A stretch of 64,000 bases of DNA from Dehalococcoidia bacterium (GTDB lineage: Bacteria; Chloroflexota; Dehalococcoidia; GIF9; UBA5629). The stretch's first letter is position 1; the number at the start of each line of letters is the position of its first letter. The notes below the pieces were generated by a model, which did not search any database, was not told where the DNA came from, and was given only the letters and a program-made list of their open reading frames with translations. Below are positions 60,114-64,000 of the stretch, piece by piece. Position numbers and translations under genes: made by a program. The DNA lies in contig JBEKIW010000005.1 of NCBI GenBank assembly GCA_050011565.1, positions 64,001 through 128,000 of the forward strand. Reading direction: 5' to 3'.

Positions 60114-61274
60114 ATGATTTCAGTTTCAAGGCTGCTGTGCGATGCCGCAGGGCCAGGTGACAGCCTCCGTTACGGCAGTAAACATCAGTCCATTGGAAAA
60201 CAAAGACCTATCGTTGTCTGGAATTGCACTAGAAAATGCAATCTACATTGCGTTCATTGCTACGGCAGCGCCGGCGATAAAGACCCTGCCGAAATTTTAA
60301 CTACCGAGCAGGCAAAATCATTCATCCATGACCTGGCGGACTTCGGCGTGCCGGTGATTCTCTTTTCCGGCGGTGAGCCTCTACTCCGGCAGGATATATT
60401 TGAGCTGGCCCACTTTGCCGGAGAACTTGGACTGAGGACCGCCCTGTCCACCAACGGCACTCTCATCACTGAGGCAGAGGCCAAAAAAATAAAGAATGCT
60501 GGCTTCGCCGAAGTGGGCATCAGCCTGGATGGTATAGGCGCCAAGAATGATCGATTTCGCGGCAAAAAGGGCGCCTACGAAGCGGCTTTACGGGGCATCA
60601 GGAACTCCATCTCTTTAGGTTTGAGAGTCTCCTTGAGACTGACTATCACTGTGTCAAACTATATGGAAATACCTGCTGTCTTCGACCTGATGGAACAAGA
60701 AGGGGTTGAGCGAGTCTGCTTTTATCATCTAGCTTATGTAGGCCGGGCTAGCGGCTTAGTCAAGGAGGACTTGAGCCATTCCCAAACCAGAGCTGTAGTT
60801 GATCTAATCTGCGACCGCACCCTCGACTTTTATCGGCGTGGCCTCAGTAAAGAAGTTCTTACTGTAGACAATCACGCCGACGGCGTTTACCTCTACCTCA
60901 GACTAAAGAAAGAAGACCCGGCTCGCGCGGAGAAAGCACTGGCTTTGCTCCGTGCCAATGGCGGCAACAATTCAGGTATCCGTATAGGCGCCGTTGATGA
61001 ACTCGGTAACGTTCATGCTGACCAGTTCTGGCGGCACTACTCATTTGGAAACGTCCGCCATCGTAAATTTAGCGACATCTGGTCAGATACTTCAGATTCT
61101 CTGATGCGTGGACTCAAAGATAGAAACGGCTTACTTAAGGGGCGCTGCGCCAGATGCCGGCATCTCGAGTTGTGCAACGGCAATCTGCGGGTGCGAGCTG
61201 AGGCAGTTTTCGGCGACGTCTGGGCTGAAGACCCGGCCTGTTATCTTACAGACGCTGAAATTGGATTGGCCTGA
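60114..61274 (+). CDS. ahbC: Radical SAM/SPASM protein AhbC (Fe-coproporphyrin synthase, NirJ1-like)
   Basis: RPIVVWN..CNLHCVHC, RVCFYHL, LTVDNHADG, GNNSG and DPACYL; ahb cluster context. Confidence 0.85.
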   Translation: MISVSRLLCDAAGPGDSLRYGSKHQSIGKQRPIVVWNCTRKCNLHCVHCYGSAGDKDPAEILTTEQAKSFIHDLADFGVPVILFSGGEPLLRQDIFELAHFAGELGLRTALSTNGTLITEAEAKKIKNAGFAEVGISLDGIGAKNDRFRGKKGAYEAALRGIRNSISLGLRVSLRLTITVSNYMEIPAVFDLMEQEGVERVCFYHLAYVGRASGLVKEDLSHSQTRAVVDLICDRTLDFYRRGLSKEVLTVDNHADGVYLYLRLKKEDPARAEKALALLRANGGNNSGIRIGAVDELGNVHADQFWRHYSFGNVRHRKFSDIWSDTSDSLMRGLKDRNGLLKGRCARCRHLELCNGNLRVRAEAVFGDVWAEDPACYLTDAEIGLA

Positions 61275-61380
61275 TGTCAAAGGACTACTACGTTGGGATT
61301 CGTTTAAGTGCACCCGGAGCATCGGCTCAGGGAACGATTTGAGCGGATTCTCCAATGCGCCCAGGCAATAAAATGGCCAT

Positions 61381-61434
61381 CAGTATTTAGTATTTTGAAT
61401 TTGTTTAGAATTTGGAGCTTGGGATTTAGTACTT
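61381..61434. repeat. Single arm of the 7-nt repeat element
   Basis: agtattt agtattt tgaattt gttt agaattt ggagctt gggattt agtactt. Confidence 0.6.
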
Positions 61435-61476
61435 CAACTATGGGGCAATATTAGGGCTTGCAAGGAAGGCAAATTG

Positions 61477-62580
61477 ATGAAAAAAGACATCTCCGCTAGA
61501 CTTCAGATGGTAGCCTGGGAGATAACCCGAAGCTGCAACTTGTTTTGCGCTCACTGCCGGTCTTCCTCTACATCCGGCGCCTATGAAGACGAACTGTCGA
61601 CCGAACAATGCTGGCGACTGATAGATGAAATAGTTGAAATAGGCAAGCCTGTGATAATACTCAGCGGCGGTGAACCCCTGCTGCGCCAAGACCTTTTCCA
61701 GATAGCCGGTTACGCTGTCGAGAAAGGACTGCGGGTGGCAATGGGCACCAACGGCACTCTCATCACCAAGGAAATCGCCGCTAAATTGAAGGCAGTTCCA
61801 ATTTCCAGGGTAGCTGTCAGCATAGACTTTCCGGAAGCCGAACTCCAGGATAAATTTCGAGGCAAGGCGGGCGCTTTCCAGTCCGCTGTTTCGGGAATAG
61901 CCCTGTTACGTCAGGCAGGCATCGAGATTCAAATAAACAGCACCATCACCAGGCTGAATATGAAATACTTGAATGAGTTGCTGGACCTGGCGCTTAAGTC
62001 AGGAGCAGCCGCCTTTCATCCATTTATGCTGGTGCCAACGGGACGAGGCAAGGGGCTGGAAACAGCGGCCATGTCTCCCGAGGAATACGAGCAGACGCTA
62101 AATTGGGTCTATGACAGGCAGAAAGAACTGGGCGACAGGATATTCTTCAAGCCAACCGATGCCCCTCATTACCAAAGGATAATCAGACAGCAAGCCAAAG
62201 AAATTAATATGCAGGAAACGGTTCAAGGACAAAAAGCAGCAATTAAAGCTGGAAATGAATCCATGAACTCTATGACACGGGGCTGTCTGGCCGGCATCAG
62301 TTTCTGCTTTATCTCACATCGGGGAAAGGTACAGGGATGCGGCTATCTTGATGTGGACGCCGGAAATATCCGAGACAGAAGCTTTAAACAAATATGGACG
62401 GAATCCAGGCTGTTCCGCGAATTAAGAGACCTGTCCAACATAAAGGGAAAATGCGGTGCCTGTGAGTATAAGAATATCTGTGGCGGGTGCCGTGCCCGAG
62501 CCTATGAATCAACCGGCGACTACCTCGAGGCCGAACCGTACTGCGTACATCAACCGGCAGCATTTCAAGAGAGCAGATAG
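61477..62580 (+). CDS. ahbD: Radical SAM/SPASM protein AhbD (heme b synthase, NirJ2-like)
   Basis: VAWEITRSCNLFCAHCR, HPFMLVPTGRG, KPTDAPHY, RGCLAG and CGGCRARA. Confidence 0.85.
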   Translation: MKKDISARLQMVAWEITRSCNLFCAHCRSSSTSGAYEDELSTEQCWRLIDEIVEIGKPVIILSGGEPLLRQDLFQIAGYAVEKGLRVAMGTNGTLITKEIAAKLKAVPISRVAVSIDFPEAELQDKFRGKAGAFQSAVSGIALLRQAGIEIQINSTITRLNMKYLNELLDLALKSGAAAFHPFMLVPTGRGKGLETAAMSPEEYEQTLNWVYDRQKELGDRIFFKPTDAPHYQRIIRQQAKEINMQETVQGQKAAIKAGNESMNSMTRGCLAGISFCFISHRGKVQGCGYLDVDAGNIRDRSFKQIWTESRLFRELRDLSNIKGKCGACEYKNICGGCRARAYESTGDYLEAEPYCVHQPAAFQESR

Positions 62581-62582
62581 AT

Positions 62583-63584
62583 ATGAGTCTGGAACTAGAT
62601 AACCGGGATAAACACCTGCTCAATATCATTCAAGCCGAGTTCCCGTTGAGCCGGGAGCCGTTCTCCGCTCTGGGATTACATCTGGGCATAGCCGGCGATG
62701 AGGTAATCCGGAGAATCAACAGATTAAAAGCAGATGGAATTATCCGACTGATAGGACCCGTTTTTAATCCCAAAAAGCTCGGCTATCAGACGACGCTTGT
62801 GGCCGCCAAAGTGCCCGAAGAGCGGCTGGATAAGGCAGGTCAAATTATCAGCAAACACCCCATGGTGAGTCACTGCTACCAACGCGACCATGACTTCAAT
62901 CTCTGGTTCACACTGGCCATGCCGGTAACCATGGATACAGATGACAAGGTAAGTAAACTGGGAAGCAGAATAAAGGCTGAGACCACGTTAAACCTGCCGG
63001 CCAACAAAACCTTCAAGATAGGAGTTTACTTCGACCTTGGTGGAGGAAACCCGGATTTGTCATTGCGAGCGAAGCGTGGCAATCTCAGTCCTGCCCCTCG
63101 CAACGCCAATAAACTCTCTGCCATCGACCGTGCCGTCATCAACGCCTTGCAGCAGGACCTGCCTTTGAGTGAAAAACCGTTCGACCTGATTTCAGCCGAA
63201 CTCCAGATGGACACGGATACATTTCTAAGCCACTGCCGGACTCTGTCGCAGCGCGGAATTATGCGGCGCCTCAGCGCCTCCATCAACCATAACAAACTCG
63301 GCTTTATCGCTAATGCCATGGTCTGCTGGAAAGTGCCATCGGATATGGTGGATAAAACGGGCAAAAAGATAGCCACGTTTTCGGAGGTAAGCCACTGCTA
63401 TGAAAGGCGGGCCAACCGGCTTTGGCACTATAACCTGTTTGCCATGGCACACGCCCGCAATAACGAGAACTGTAGAGCGTTAACTGATAAAATATGTTCA
63501 GAGACCGGACTAAATAGAAATGAGATGCTACTGCTTTTCAGCACCAAAGAGGTAAAAAAGACGAGGGTACGCTATAAAATATGA
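62583..63584 (+). CDS. Fused siroheme decarboxylase AhbA-AhbB (NirD/L/G/H family)
   Basis: Two AsnC-like units, each with Q..(F/L)PL...PF and VSHCY.R (then FNLWFT and YNLFAM.H). Confidence 0.88.
   Translation: MSLELDNRDKHLLNIIQAEFPLSREPFSALGLHLGIAGDEVIRRINRLKADGIIRLIGPVFNPKKLGYQTTLVAAKVPEERLDKAGQIISKHPMVSHCYQRDHDFNLWFTLAMPVTMDTDDKVSKLGSRIKAETTLNLPANKTFKIGVYFDLGGGNPDLSLRAKRGNLSPAPRNANKLSAIDRAVINALQQDLPLSEKPFDLISAELQMDTDTFLSHCRTLSQRGIMRRLSASINHNKLGFIANAMVCWKVPSDMVDKTGKKIATFSEVSHCYERRANRLWHYNLFAMAHARNNENCRALTDKICSETGLNRNEMLLLFSTKEVKKTRVRYKI
63058..63086 (+). repeat. REP-like element inside the ahbAB coding sequence
   Basis: tgtcattgcgagcgaagcgtggcaatctc, close to the intergenic copy at 41280. 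Confidence 0.75.
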
Positions 63585-64000
63585 AAAAGCACGAGGCTGT
63601 TTCTCCATACTACCCCATCCTGCTCAATCTTCAAGGCAAGAAGTGTCTTGTTGTTGGCGGAGGCGAGGTAGCCCTGCGCAAAGCACGGATGCTTCTGGAA
63701 CACGGTGCTATTGTGGAGATTGTCAGTCCCGCTTTCTGCTCCGAGCTTAATCAACTGGCAAAAGATGGTACTGTTCGAGCCATCCCCCGAGCCTATGAGA
63801 CAAAAGATTTAAATGACGCCTTCCTGGCCGTAGCTGCCACCGACGATACCAAGGTAAATGAAAAGGTAGCTGCTGAAGCCAGAAAGACAGGAATATTAGT
63901 CAACGTCGTGGACAAGCCGGACATTTCCGACTTCATCGTCCCGTCCTATTTCAGGCACGGTGATATAATCGTCGCTGTCTCCACATCCGGCAAAAGCCCG
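63581..64000 (+). CDS. sirC: Precorrin-2 dehydrogenase / sirohydrochlorin ferrochelatase (3'-truncated by window)
   Basis: Translated by hand: YYPILLNLQGKKCLVVGGGEVALRK...AATDD...VNVVDKP..SDF.VPS...AVSTSGKSP. Confidence 0.9.
   Translation, partial: MKKHEAVSPYYPILLNLQGKKCLVVGGGEVALRKARMLLEHGAIVEIVSPAFCSELNQLAKDGTVRAIPRAYETKDLNDAFLAVAATDDTKVNEKVAAEARKTGILVNVVDKPDISDFIVPSYFRHGDIIVAVSTSGKSP

Overview
This is a bacterial chromosomal window, most likely from class Dehalococcoidia (Chloroflexi), judged from the 16S rRNA sequence style, the stand-alone 16S gene and the gene complement (not database-confirmed). Most of it is housekeeping: 3' dnaE, ogt, hpf, comF, moeA/mobA, an unlinked 16S rRNA, prfA-prmC, etfBA, an EF-G paralog, gatCA, trpS, argS, recG, a DAK2 protein, rpmB, rpe, argJBDGH, mutS and the start of a siroheme-dependent heme pathway (ahbC-ahbD-fused ahbAB-sirC). 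Five things stand out. (1) A translationally coupled operon of a KamA-type lysine 2,3-aminomutase, two D-Ala-D-Ala-ligase-like ATP-grasp enzymes and a GNAT; the aminomutase carries a duplicated acidic (E/D)4-PPG leader. (2) An AT-rich islet of three orphan genes bounded by the 3' half of an initiator tRNA whose anticodon loop is fused to the mutS stop codon. (3) A family of short REP-like elements, one lying in frame inside ahbAB. (4) Fold-back elements built from 7-nt repeats. (5) A c-di-GMP/two-component module with a 9-PAS hybrid kinase. No CRISPR array, integrase or transposase was seen.
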